Assembly: GCA_051047955.1 (NCBI GenBank) | Contig: JBPGPT010000012.1 | Coordinates: 1-64,000, forward strand | Direction of reading: 5' to 3' | DNA: 64,000 bases | DNA from: Cystobasidiomycetes sp. EMM_F5 | Taxonomy: Eukaryota | Shown here: positions 38,361 through 50,893 of the stretch, piece after piece | How the letters are laid out: each line of letters starts with the position of its first letter | Numbering within the stretch: the stretch's first letter is position 1 | Made by a program: the position numbers and the translations under genes | Notes under the pieces: model-generated | The model's database searches: none | The model's input: only the letters and a program-made list of their open reading frames with translations | What the model was told of the DNA's origin: nothing

Positions 38361-39754
38361 CTAGAACACAAGAACCGGCTTGACGACAGCTCCCGATTCC
38401 ATATCGTGCAGAGCTTTCTGAAAGTCTGCAGCGGGGTAGAAGGTCAATAACTCATCAAAGGGGAAGAGATCTGTTTGTGGATTTGGTTTAGCGGTCATCA
38501 GCAGCGAGTATAGATGTGGCCCACCCTGTTGCCAAAGGTCGATGAGAAAGGGAAGGAACTGAGGGACATCTGTCAGCGTTAACGGTAGTATGCGGCGGGC
38601 CGCCTTGGGCTCACTTGGCCAGGCACAGCATCTCCTTGGTGGCATCCTCGATACGTCAGGCCCATGCCCAGTTGTATTATAGGCGACAGCGTAACGTTGG
38701 CAGCTCCAGTCCCGCCAATAGTGACGAAAGTTCCGCGGGCAGCCGTACATTTCTGGGCTAGCGCTAGAATGGCTACAGAGCCCACTGCGTCCAATGCAAA
38801 TTGCACGCCATTGCCGCCTGTGATCTCCTTGATGCGAGCTGCGACATCTTCCGTTTTGCCATTGATCGTATGAGTTGCTCCGTATTTCTTTGCTAGTGCC
38901 AGCTTTGCGGGGAACACATCGATGGCTATAAGTACTTTGGGCGTGGACAGCTTTGCTGCCATGATTGCTGCCAGTCCGACGCCTGCTTTTACCGCTTTAG
39001 CGAAGGGCAGTTTCACTGTCACAAGGCCGACAGCCTTACCGCCACAGCCCCACACCGCGATGGTCGCTTGTATCGGAGGTTTGCAGACATTGACTGTCTA
39101 CAGAGTCAACCTCGTGTAACTTTACTGCGTATCCTGCAAATAGGACTCACGAATACTTCCGGCTCCGGTTTGAAAGCCACAGCCCAGCACTAGTTTTTTG
39201 AGCTCTTCTTTTGCTCTGATATGTACTTTAACGGCGCATGATGCATCGACCAAGGCAGTCTGTGACATGGAGCTTTGCCCGAAGAATAGGGCATTCAATT
39301 CGAGTCTAGGTTGGATTGCCAAGGCCACATTGCCATCGGGTCCAGTTCCGCTGAAGTTGAGTCGTGCGAGGTTGCTACAATAAGGTGACATGCCATTATT
39401 GCAGTAATGGCAATCTCCACAGCTGGCGAAACTTAGAATGACCGGATCGCCAATGTCGAAATTTGAAACTCCTGGTCCCACTTTGGTCACATATCCCGTG
39501 CCTTCGTGTCCAAGAACACATGGAGGCTTCATGCGGAATTCCCCAGCGCCAGTCTTGACATCCGTATGGCATAACCCCTGAGGTGCATTCTCCCGTGAGT
39601 AAGCGTGTAGCAACATTAGATGGTGACGACTACTCACCACAGAGACTATTTGCACATGCAGCTGTCCTTTTCCAGGCTCTGCTATCTCGACATCTTCGTA
39701 TGTCCACGGCTGACCGGCTTGCCGGGCAATGATGGCTTTTGTAATCATTGGCAT
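38361..39754 (-). CDS. Zinc-dependent medium-chain alcohol dehydrogenase (aryl-alcohol dehydrogenase-like)
   Basis: Motifs GLCHTD, GHEG.G, CGDCHYC.......C structural Zn, FFGQSS, LGCGFQTGAG, WGCG GVGL, VKPVL. Confidence 0.92.
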
Positions 39755-39873
39755 GCAGGGAGGTAATGGAGGAGATACTAGAAGCCGTCAATGTAGCGGA
39801 AACGTTGGGTAGATTGACTGTCAGCTAAGCGTCGACCTGATAAGCCAGCCTTTTGCTTTGACTTCGGCTTCGG

Positions 39874-42789
39874 ATGTCGGAACGTCAGTCGGCCCTGCAA
39901 GCCTCGGCACATGACGAACTGCTGAAGCCCATTGCTATACTGTCTGAGCGCACTATGGACACCAGCAATGGCAGCAGTAGCTTGGTCCAGGCTGGCTCGT
40001 CAGCTGCTTCGACTTCATCCGCAGTGTACGACGAGGCCGAACGATTGAAGACTTTGCAGGCGCAAATTCAAGCCAGAAAGCGAAAACGAGAGAGTCTGGC
40101 TGCAACTCAGCAGCAGGATGGCGTACATGCTGGAACGCAAGATGGCGCTGCCGACTCCAGGCTATCCGCTATTGCTGCCGGTAAAGCGAAAGCAGTCACG
40201 TTTGATCAGGACGAGGCAGAGTCGCCGCATCATTTACCGAATGGCGACAGTAATGGCCAGGCTACATCGATCCTGAAGCCATCTTCCGTTCCAGCAAAGT
40301 CGCAGAATAAAGAAAAGACTACAGCAAAGAAACGGTATTTGAAACGAAAGCTTGACCGGCGGAAAGCAAAGAAACGCATAGACAATGGCACAACGTCATC
40401 AAATCGTGCCGAAGATGTGTCGGTATACGGGAACAGCGACGACGAGCCTGCAGACACAACGACACATGTGTCGGGACAGCCAGTCAAGCTACACTCGGAA
40501 AAACATGCAGAAATTCAGGATGATCCGTCTCTCGGCGATACCTCGATGGCTCTAGACGCTGTAGAGACTGCGGAAGAAGCCAAAGCTCGTCGTAAAGCGG
40601 AGCGCAAAGCCAGAAAGGCCCGTACGGCGGTAGAAAGCGACGAGCCTGCATTGAACGAAGATTCAGTATCATACAGCAGGAAGCAGCTTGCCCAGCAGGC
40701 CAAAGCAGTGCAAGCGACCAGAGTCATGCAAGCTACGCAGCGAAAGGAGGAAAGGGCTGCAAAGCGAGCTAAATTGGAAAACGGTATCGTGGAGGAGCCA
40801 GTCGAACAAATGCCGCCTACTCAGCCTGGCGAGCTGCCAAGGTTTCCTGCACCAGAACGTCCGGCCGCGCCTTCTCAGCGAGAGCTAGATGCAATGATGA
40901 TCTCGCACGATATGCGCGATGCTATGGTCATCCCGCAAGACGGCAGTGTGCCTGTCTCGCAGATCGTCCAACATTTCGACATCTCCTCAAGTATCCAGGA
41001 GAAGCTGAATCAGCAGGGAATTACCAGCTTCTTTGCTGTGCAAGCAGCGGTCTTGCCGGTCCTGTTGCGGGATCGATACTTGTACAGCTCATCAACAGTG
41101 CCTCGTGATATTTGTGTCTCAGCTCCAACTGGTAGCGGGAAGACTCTGGGATATGTGATACCGATAGTCGAGGTAAGTGTCGGTGCGCAGGGTTGACGTA
41201 GCAGGAAAGCCAAATTTTGGATTATGCAGATATTGTCCACTCGCGTCATCACACGCTTACGGGCTCTAATCGTATTGCCAACAAGGGATCTCGTAGCACA
41301 AGTCCGAGATGTCTTTGAGCAGATGAGTCGCAGCACTGGGCTCAAGATTGGTGTCGCGACCGGTCACCACTCGTTTTCGCACGAGCAGACTTCTCTCGTT
41401 GACAGCGCAGAATCTAGGTGAGTGCTCTACTTTCGATGACGTTTTCGTTTATGCAGCCACTCAGAGCGCGTTCTGTCATCCTGCAGATTAAGCGGCGGGT
41501 CGAGCAAGGTCGATATCTTGATAGCCACGCCTGGTCGACTGATGGACCATTTGAGATCTACACCTGGATTCACGCTGCAGCACCTCCGATTCATCGTCAT
41601 GGACGAAGCGGACCGCCTGTTGAACCAGAGTTTCAACGACTGGATGCTGGAAGTTATGCGATACATCGAGATGCCGCTGTCCAGTCTGGATGACACAGTC
41701 TATTCTGCAGCACGGTCTACCATGGCCGATGTCGTAGCGCCAACACTACTCCACTCCATCTATCCGATGCCGAGGACGGAACTAGAGCGAAAAGTTATAC
41801 CTTGTGTAGGTTTCGCTACACTCATCAAGCAACGACTGACCTGACTGACTTTTGTGTATAAAACGGGCGCAAAGGTGCAAAAATTGCTCTTCTCAGCTAC
41901 TCTTACACGCGATCCTGCGAAACTGGCCGGATTGCGACTCAACAAGCCCATCTTCTTGGCGGTGACCAGCAGTGCGAACGCGAGCGCGCCCGATGTTGAA
42001 GGCCAGCAGGCCTCGGTTGATACAATAGCCCAATTAGCTTCCGCCGAACAAAACTTCGTACTACCTGCGACTTTGAAGGTACTGACGAGCTCCTCGCTTT
42101 TCGATCACAATTCTTGCTGACGCGGACCGCTTCCAGGAATCCATGGTCGTTACTACCTCGGCCGACAAAGCCTTGGTGTTGTTCCATCTGCTGCTCAAGG
42201 GCGCAGATGCGAGCAGGTCATTGCCCCCGACTATCTGTTTCACAAAATCCGTCGAATCTGCTGGACGCCTAGTACAGCTACTGCAAGCGTTCCTTGCCGA
42301 GTACAACCGCAGCCAGCCAAGCGGAGACGGCATGCAGGATATACGCGTCGAGGCATTCTCTAGCGAGTTGTCGGCTGGTCGACGAAAGGAAGTCTTGTCG
42401 AGCTTCAACAAGGGCGAAACGCAGATGTGAGTATTTCTTGACGGAAGCCGGAATTATCTTGTGGTCTAAAGAGTCGACAACATTACAGGCTCGTGTGCTC
42501 GGATCTTGTCGCTCGTGGTATGGATCTACCGCTAGTAGCGCAAGTAATCAACTACGACGTCCCCGTCGACATGCGCAAGTACGTGCATCGCGTTGGACGA
42601 ACGGCGCGGGCGGGACGTGAAGGAGAAGCGTGGACGCTGGTGGAGACGCAGGAGGCCAAGTATTTCAAAGACATGATGAAGGGCGCTGATCGGTATCCGC
42701 TCATCAAGAAGCGCAAGGTGACAGACAAGGATCTTGACTTGATTAGGGATTGTTTTGTTGCTGCGTTGGACAGTCTACGGGAGGTCTAG
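39874..42789 (+). CDS. DBP6: DEAD-box RNA helicase Dbp6/DDX51
   Basis: Motifs [65 protein letters not shown]. An alternative start is ATG 39955. Confidence 0.92.
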
Positions 42790-43849
42790 TTGCCAATGAC
42801 ACCAGATGGAGGCATTGCTAGAGTGACGGTCTCGACGTATTGCCGGCTATGGTACTTATTGTTTGATCAGCGTCAGGTACTCACTCGGGATCCAGGTACA
42901 GCAGCAGTACGCGTGAGGTCGACGCGTTCATGGAGTCCGAGTGCAAGGCTTGTGTAGGCTGAGCGTGCGTACATCCTGCCTACGCGACAATACCAGCATG
43001 GGGGGTTATAGCTGACCAAGTTTTCACCCAGCATACCCAAGACATATGCATGATGCATGACCTGACATGGAAAGGGTTCTTGTTTCTTTCGGGACCATAA
43101 TTTCTGTCCAAGGAAAGACGGGGGAGGCAAGGTCGCAGTCTGCCTTCCCGTCATGACGACCAAAGGATGCATATTCCAGGGACATGCTACGTAGTTTCGA
43201 CCGTGTTTATGGAAGGTGCAGGTGCTCTCATTTTCTCTTTTGCAACTGCGTTGGTAGGAGTTTCGGGAGTGAATGCGGCCCTGTATTGCATCGTAGCGCG
43301 GTCAACGGCTTGGATGTGCAATGTAGCGAGCAGCCTGTTAGCGTTGCTCGAGTTTTGATTCTACAACGCCGCGACCGCCAAACGCCGAGCGAGATCCTCT
43401 ACAATTCGCCAGCACGACACTATTTGCTGCGGCCGGTCCCCTCGAGGCAGAGCAGGCACTTGTGCTCTGAGCTCTCTCTACTGCCGGCATACAAACCACC
43501 GCCAACCTGCACTCGCTCACCAATACATACTCGCATTCATTGTTGACATTCCAAACAAAATATCACCACTCGACCCGGCAGCCGAAAGGGCAGCAGTCTG
43601 AGCCCTGCCAAACAGAGGTGCGAGAATTCTGCCAGCAGTAAAAGACAGCGTCGACGCTGCACAGCCAGCTGCAGTCGCATACTCATCATCTGCTCCCCAC
43701 GGTCAACGTCGCCCAGACTGTAGTCAGCCAAATCGTCTGTAAATTGGACTCTGCATCGTCGGACAATTCAGCCAACGAGCCGTCGCTTGATGCGAGCCAG
43801 CACGGCGTAGGCACTGTGCATCTCAACAGAACAGCGGTCCCACTCAAGC

Positions 43850-46800
43850 ATGGCGTCCGCCAACCTGTCGCAGTACAGGGTCAGGCCCATACCGCCGCAC
43901 CGTTCATCCGCCAACACGGCGTCGTCCGTCTCTGCAGTGTCGGGTCACTCGTCCCTCTCTGCGTCTACGGCGTCGTCCGCAGTGACTGCCGCTGGCCTCG
44001 CTTCCCACTCTGCAGCCGCCGGATTGCAGAGTGCGCCTACAGCTGCAAACGCCACCAGTTACAACGACGCGTCAAAGTATATGCAAATGGGCGTGCCCGC
44101 TATAAACACGACCAGCGCGATGGGTGCAGGTGGTACTGTTGGGCCTGCAGGCCAAGTGAGACCCGGCGACAGAGAGCGAAGGCAGTCGCAAATTTCAACA
44201 CACTCCAACGACTCGAGGAGCAGACGAAACTCGGCACTGTATGGCGTGTACCCCTCTCCAGCTCCGTCGACCGCTGCTAGTCCCACCCAGGCTCAGGGAT
44301 CCTTTAGCCTGTCTACGAGCAGCACAATGCCGATGGGCGGATTTGCAATGTATGGAAACGCGCCCCAGATCCACACGCAAGATATAAACATCAATCCAAC
44401 GCACCCCACCATCAGCAGTCCTCTCAGCACAAGTCAGTCTCCCTCGGGCAGCTATATTCCCGCGGCCATGTCGAGCAGTATGGCCATGCTTCAAGGCATT
44501 GAAGCGCAGTTACAAACAGCGTCGTACAGGACCGCGCCTCCTGGAAACCCGTACGGCAACGCGCAATCCTCTTCATCTGCGTCTTCAAACAGCGGCGTGT
44601 CTGGTCCGACGCATCGCATTCCCGCAGTATACCAAGCTGCGCACAGACCGGCGTCGACAACAGTCATTCCCGTACAAACGACGTCTGCGCAATTGCAGCA
44701 CAACACTCCCGTATTCCTCTCTCCGCAGCATCAACAAGCGTTTCAGATCCCACAACAGCAAGCTCAATACCTCTACCCCCAGAACCCAAACTTTTCCCAA
44801 TCGGCTCGCGGACCCCATCCCTCTGCACAACTTGACTATTTGCACACTACCGTCCCCAGCGCGTCAGTGGGATCATCAACACTACCACCCACAAATGCAG
44901 CTGTAGCTGCAAATGCAGCAGCAGCGTACCGAAACAGAGCATCGCATCAGATTGTCCCAATTAGCGCAGCCGCCTCTGCAGCCGCCGCCAATCCTCCGCC
45001 AGTCAATATCGCACTCCATACAGCGCAGTATACAAATTCTTCGAGGCCAAAGATTTACTTTGGAAACTATCAGCTCTTGCACACGCTTGGTGAAGGAGAG
45101 TTTGGGAAAGTCAAACTTGGTGTGCATTCTCAGAAGTGAGTCTCTATGTAAACCAGCGTCTGCTTTGATGTCTGTTTGCTGATGTGATGTGTTGATGCCG
45201 TTGTCTCATTCAGATGGGGAGAGGAAGTCGCGATAAAGCTCATCAAGAAGGGATCTATCGAAAATACGGCCAGGCACGTCAAGGTGCAGCGGGAGATTGA
45301 TGTGCTCAAAGTGAGCGGGATGTTCTCATTCTATCAGGGAATATGCAAGGAGGCTGATATTTTGTGGGTGTGCGAATCAGGTCGTCAAGCATCCTCATAT
45401 TGTTCGACTTCACGAAGTTATCGAGACTGACAAGTATATCGGCATCGTCTTGGAGTATGCTAGTGGTAAGATGAGCTATTGCGATTAATGTGTGCCAAGC
45501 TGATGCATTTCTATCGGACAGGCGGAGAGCTGTTTGAATACATTCTGGCACACAAGCACCTGCGCGAAAACGTCGCTTGCAAGCTGTTTGCCCAGCTCAT
45601 CTCTGGCGTCGCGTATCTGCACGCAAAGAAGGTCGTTCATCGAGATCTAAAGCTCGAAAACCTATTGCTGGATCGGAATCGCAACATTATCATTACCGAC
45701 TTTGGCTTTGCGAACCGCTTCAACGAGTCTGGCAATGATTTGATGGCGACATCCTGTGGTTCACCGTGTTATGCTGCTCCGGAGCTTGTGCTGCACGACG
45801 GCTCGTACGTTGGCAGCGCTGTCGATGTTTGGAGTTGCGGTGTTATTTTGTATGCAATGCTCTCAGGCTATCTACCCTACGATGACGATCCAGCCAATCC
45901 CGATGGCGACAACATCAACCTTCTGTATCGCTACATTACTTCTACCAAGCTGTCATTCCCCGATTGGATCTCACCGGAGCCTCGCGAACTCCTCCTCATG
46001 ATGCTCGTTTCGGACCCTAGCAAGAGATGTACGCTTCGCGATGTCATGAAACACCCATGGCTACGGAGGTATTCACAATTCTTCCGCAACTCGGTTGACG
46101 AGCTGGAAAATCAAGCGGCAGCCTTGTACGAGGAGAAGGCTATGCTGCTGCGACGGCAACAGCAAGAGTACTTTCAAGCACAACAAGGACGCGTTGCTTC
46201 GCCAGGTATGGCTCGCAGTATGTCTACACCAGGTGTCGAGAGTGCCAGCCATCAGCGCCATCGAAGCGCCATTGTACCTGCAGCTACTCAGCTTACTCCC
46301 GAGATGCTATCTCCACCTTTGGAACAGCATAGGCCGCATTTGCCCTCTGCACAGGTCGCTACTGGCGCACCTCCGAGCGCGTCAAGTCGCCAGAGACACG
46401 CCCAGTCTGCCCTCGTTGTCCCGACAAGTGGTACTATGCCCAACTTGGCTGGCTATACATCTCCGAACCAATATTCCATGCCAACAATACAAGCTTCTCC
46501 GCCGAAATTATCCGAGCCCCAGTTTGTTACTTCTCATCCTATGACACCCTCGTCGTCTGCGCCTGGCGGCGTCGAAAGCACACTAGACTCGCTGGCATCT
46601 GAAGGTGAACTCCGCGGCGAGCCACGAAGCAGGCGGACAGACGATGACGATACTAGCTCTAGTTCTGCGAGAGCTCCTCGAAATGGGCATCGGCCAGCTT
46701 CCTCTGCGGTTGTACCGAAATCTACCCCTCCACTTAGCCCGGAATCTAAGAAGAGAAAGAATGAAGAGAAGAGGTACACTGTACAGCTCGAGTACACCGC

Positions 46801-49234
46801 TCCGCCCTCTGACTCGACGCGATCAAAAACTAAAGCCAGAGAACCGCAGCAGCAGGTTTTGCAACCCGGCAGTTCTGTCTTTGCATCCGCTGGATTCGTG
46901 CATTCGCCTACCCTACCCAATCTCACGGGCCTCAGTACACCTACGGTCAGTCCTCCTCAAGCACAGTCCTCTGCTCAACGCGAGCTGCCTGCCTTTGTCG
47001 AACCGGTTGACCGCTCTATACCCATCTCGGAGGCCGCTGCGGCTGCAGAAAGTATGGATGTTCACATGCAATCTCCAGATGCTTCCCCGGCGCGGTCGTA
47101 CAGGGATGCATCAGATATGTCTACAGAATCCGCTGTTCCAATCATCATTTCCCCATCCCTGCCAGGTATCGCTCACAAGCCAGAGCGTCTGGAAGGTGCT
47201 GCTTTGCCTTTGCAAGCAGCCGCGACCACTGTTTCTGTAGAGACTCATCGGACCCCACCGTCTTCCCCTAAAGGTTCCTTAGGGCAGAGTACACCTCAGA
47301 GGATGCAGTCAGTTCCTACCGCACAGATGGATGCAACACCGAAAGCAAGCCGGCCAGATCCCAGCCCACGGGAATCGCAAGTACCCTTTCCATCTCCGAA
47401 GACAGATCGTCGTCCATCTGGCACGGCAGTCGCGAGAAATGATTCTGTCAAATACGCAGAGCGCCCTGGACTCAGCGATCGACCCCCAACTGCATCTTCG
47501 CAAAAGTCATCTACGCGTCAGAAGAAAGGCTTGTCTATCTCCCGCTTCCTTGGCAGCTCTACGACAAGTGTCGATAAGATGGCCGCGTCAGGCTTGCCTG
47601 CCCGGTCTCGAAATTCGACTAGTACAGATCGCCCTGTGGTTTCTGGTCTACCACCAAGCTCTTCTACCACAACATTTACGGATCTCATTGGCGAGAAGAA
47701 ACCAAACCGACGGCGAAAGGCGCTGAGTCTTGTTGTTGATCCGTTTGGGAAGAGTCTCACAAGTACCGCCCAAGCTGCGGCCAAGAATCGACGATCGGCG
47801 CGAGTTCAGACGGACGCGGCAGTCCCGTTGCGAGAACGCACGGGCTCAAGCGCTACTGCCTACGGCTCATCCCGGTCTCCAGCACTGCCAACCGCATCCA
47901 TCCCAGTCTCGCCTTCCCTGTCTGTAGTTCACGCCAATGCCTCCAGACAATCTGTAGTCCCAAGCAGTTATGAGGCGCAACCTGCTTATGAGGGGCTCTC
48001 GCGCGTACCAAGCAAGTCGAAACGCGTCTCCGACTGGTTTAGGTGGAAGGGTAGTCAACGTCAGTCAGCGGCTGTCAGTCCCGCAGTTCTGGCTGCTCCG
48101 CTACCCATCAAGACCGACTTCGACAAGCGACAACAGCAGAGTTCAGTGGCGTCACGTCAAAGCGTAGCAACAGCTGCTTCTATCGACAGACAGCATGTCG
48201 CGCCCATCAACAAGCGTACAACCCAGCCGGCGACCCCAACGGTCGTTGTTACCGGAGCCAATCAAGCTGGCAGCGTGACGACAGCGAACACATCGCAAAC
48301 CAAGACTGTCGCTCCCGTAACGCAGACACGAAGCAAAGAACCTATCAATGTACAGACCGGCTTGACGTCAACTCGCATGACTCGCGCCAGAACCGCTACA
48401 TCAGAAACTGAGGACGCGTTGACTTTTGACGAGACTAAGCTGAAAGTGCACAACGGGGGTAAGGGGACCCAGGCTACAGCCCGTAATGCCAGAACTGATA
48501 TACATTTCGCGCATAGCAACCGATAAACGAGTTGTGACCAAGACCCATCCGAACATGATTCTCAAGGAGGTCAACAGAGTGTGCGTGGTGAAATTACAAT
48601 GGTACCGTTATGCCCAACTAACCATTGGGATTCGCAGATTGCAAGAGATGGGAATGGACGTATCGCCAAACTCCGATTTCAGAGTCAAGGTGACGCGAAG
48701 AAGCAAGAAGCAAGTTGCTGCCTTGAACGGTCTCGGCGTGCAGACCGATAGGCGCACCATCGCTGCATCCCCCCTCTCGCCATCGCCCAGTAGCGCCTTC
48801 CGTTCCTTCTTTGGCCGCAAAAACAGCACGACGACGCAGAGTCTGCTGCAACAATCGCCTTCCATGCCATCGCCCGCACTTACTGCTTCCTCCGTCATTG
48901 ACAGTCCTCTGCCCGACTCGAGCACCGCTTGGTCGTCTCCATTAACAGCTTCAGGTAGCACGCAAGGTCCTGCTCAAATTTTACCTTACTATGGTACCGA
49001 ACAAGTTGACAGCGGCGGCGAAGTCCGCTTCACAGTAGAGATCACTCGCGTCAAAGGCTTGACGGGTCTGTACACACTGGACTTGCGCCGCCTGATGGGC
49101 AAACTGCCAGATTATCGAGAAACGCATGTAAGCACACTCCGTATGAGCTTGCTTGACTTTCGGGATACCTATCTGACGCCAAGGTTCCATAGGAAACATT
49201 CCTCAACCGTTTACAGCTCGGTTCCGCGACTTGA
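43850..49234 (+). CDS. KIN4: Ser/Thr protein kinase, Kin4/Ppk1/KfsA family with KA1-like C-terminus
   Basis: Motifs TLGEGEFGKVKLG, HRDLKLEN, DFG, TSCGSPCYAAPE, the diagnostic DDDPANPDGDNINLLYRYI, and C-terminal DSGGEVRFTVEI...LDLRRLMG. Last exon ends at TGA 49234. Confidence 0.88.
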
Positions 49235-49561
49235 GCATTCTTGTCTTCGGACTTCTGCTATACGTCTCCTGCTTTACACCATACCCGATCATGGACACAT
49301 TCTAGATTCTCACATCATCACATCTCAAGGACTGCCTGTGCTCAAGTTCCCTCTCAAATCATTAAGGGCTCGAGCATATTTCAGGGCCCATGAGCGTTAC
49401 ATTCCAAATCCTTCAACTGCAAGGAACTATATCAGTCCATTCGTTCGCTCGTTTGCTAAGCTACACTATCAATCTTCCTTTACTCTTGTTGATCAAGTTA
49501 CTTCTTCCTTTATAACGGTCGTTATTACTACGAACCGTCAAGTTTTAGTAGCACACAGCAT

Positions 49562-49582
49562 ATCAGATCAGATCAGATCAGA
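49562..49582. repeat. Short pentanucleotide repeat (ATCAG)x4 in the kinase 3' region
   Basis: atcagatcagatcagatcaga. Confidence 0.6.
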
Positions 49583-49811
49583 ATCGTCACTGTTTTCGCA
49601 TTAGTCTATTATGAATGATACAAGCATTGGCTTTGACAACGCTGTAAGCATGCGCTATTGACTTCCAAACATGTGATTGCCCCTCATCCTGCCTAAGACC
49701 GAAATATTGGTGTTCGTCTCCCTCATGACGCGCTCCAACATGTCGCAAACAATGCACAAGTCGCTATCTCATCACGGAAGACACTCATAGACACCACTCG
49801 CAAGCCCGGGA

Positions 49812-50620
49812 ATGGCCAAACGCGGGGCTTTCATCGTTCTCGAGGGCTTGGACCGCTCTGGAAAATCTACCCAATGTGCAAAGCTCGTTGAAAACCTGGT
49901 CGCGCGCGGTGTTCGCACGAAAGGTATACGCTTCCCAGGTAAGTCTGGATGGTGGGTACAGCTCAATGCACGTTACAGACGCCTTGCCTTGCAGACCGCG
50001 AGACTGCGACCGGACGAATGATTGATGCCTACCTGAAGCAGTCGGCCGAACTGGACGACCATGCGATTCATCTGTTGTTTTCGGTCAATCGCTGGGAGAA
50101 GGCGTGCGTCGACATTGCTGATACCGTTCATTGTCGTTCACTGAAACAGTCTGTGCTCAGTAATGCTATCCGCCAAGATCTGCAGGCCGGAATGACTGTC
50201 GTGTGCGACAGATATGCTTTTTCTGGCATTGCATTCACAGCTGCCAAGGTACTGCACATACGAGCATACCTATACATGATACTGAGGACTATGCTGCGAC
50301 AGGGCCTGAATTACGACTGGTGCAAAGCGCCAGACATCGGCCTTCCTGCACCAGACGCGACATTCTTTCTATCGGTATCGCCGGAAGTCGCAGCTCAGCG
50401 TGGAGGCTACGGCGAGGAGCGATATGAAAGCAACGATATCCAATCCAAAGTGCGAACGATATTTCAGCAGATAGCGACAGAAGTTGGCCCAGCTCGGTGG
50501 CGGAAGATCAATGCGGATGGACCTAAACATGACATTGAGCAGGAGCTTTTGGTCGCAGCATTGAAAGTGTGTGAGGGTGTGGATAGTACCATAGTAAGTA
50601 ACCTATGGCAGCCTGTTTAG
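49812..50620 (+). CDS. CDC8: Thymidylate kinase
   Basis: Motifs RGAFIVLEGLDRSGKSTQ (P-loop), FPDR, HLLFS.NRWE, DRYAFSG, PDIGLPAPD, YGEERYE. Confidence 0.95.
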
Positions 50621-50749
50621 GACTCTTTGCAATCTCCTGGCTTCACCGGATGAGGCTCTAAAACCGTCGCAGTTAGTCACACTCAGCATAGATTGTTGCC
50701 TCGTTGTACAGTCTCATCGTTTGCACATATCTCCTTGGCCATCCTCTGA

Positions 50750-50850
50750 TCATCCTCCCCTCCCCTCCCCTCCATATAAATTTCGCTAATCTCTCGAGAT
50801 TGCAGCTTTCCTTTCTTCCAATCTCCCAACCCACTATACTCCCTTACCCT
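50750..50850 (+). promoter_or_regulatory. TATA box (TATAAA 50775-50780) in a pyrimidine-rich core promoter
   Basis: TATAAA flanked by C/T-rich tracts, ~115 nt upstream of ATG 50894. Confidence 0.5.
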
Positions 50851-50893
50851 CTTCAGACTCGAGGCGTACTGATTAGCATTGACCACAGCCAAC

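Noticed and set aside
49130..49604. Extension of the 48486-49604 ORF beyond the KA1-like domain
   Set aside because: A GTAAGC...CTGAC...CATAG intron shifts frame to a stop at 49234. The remainder reads as 3' UTR.
13937..50620. Stop-codon readthrough (TGA CTA) creating cryptic peroxisomal PTS1 signals
   Set aside because: The stop contexts checked (both hydroxyacid dehydrogenases, ADH, XPT1, CDC8, GH5) show no TGA-CTA, and no SKL-like extension where I read on.
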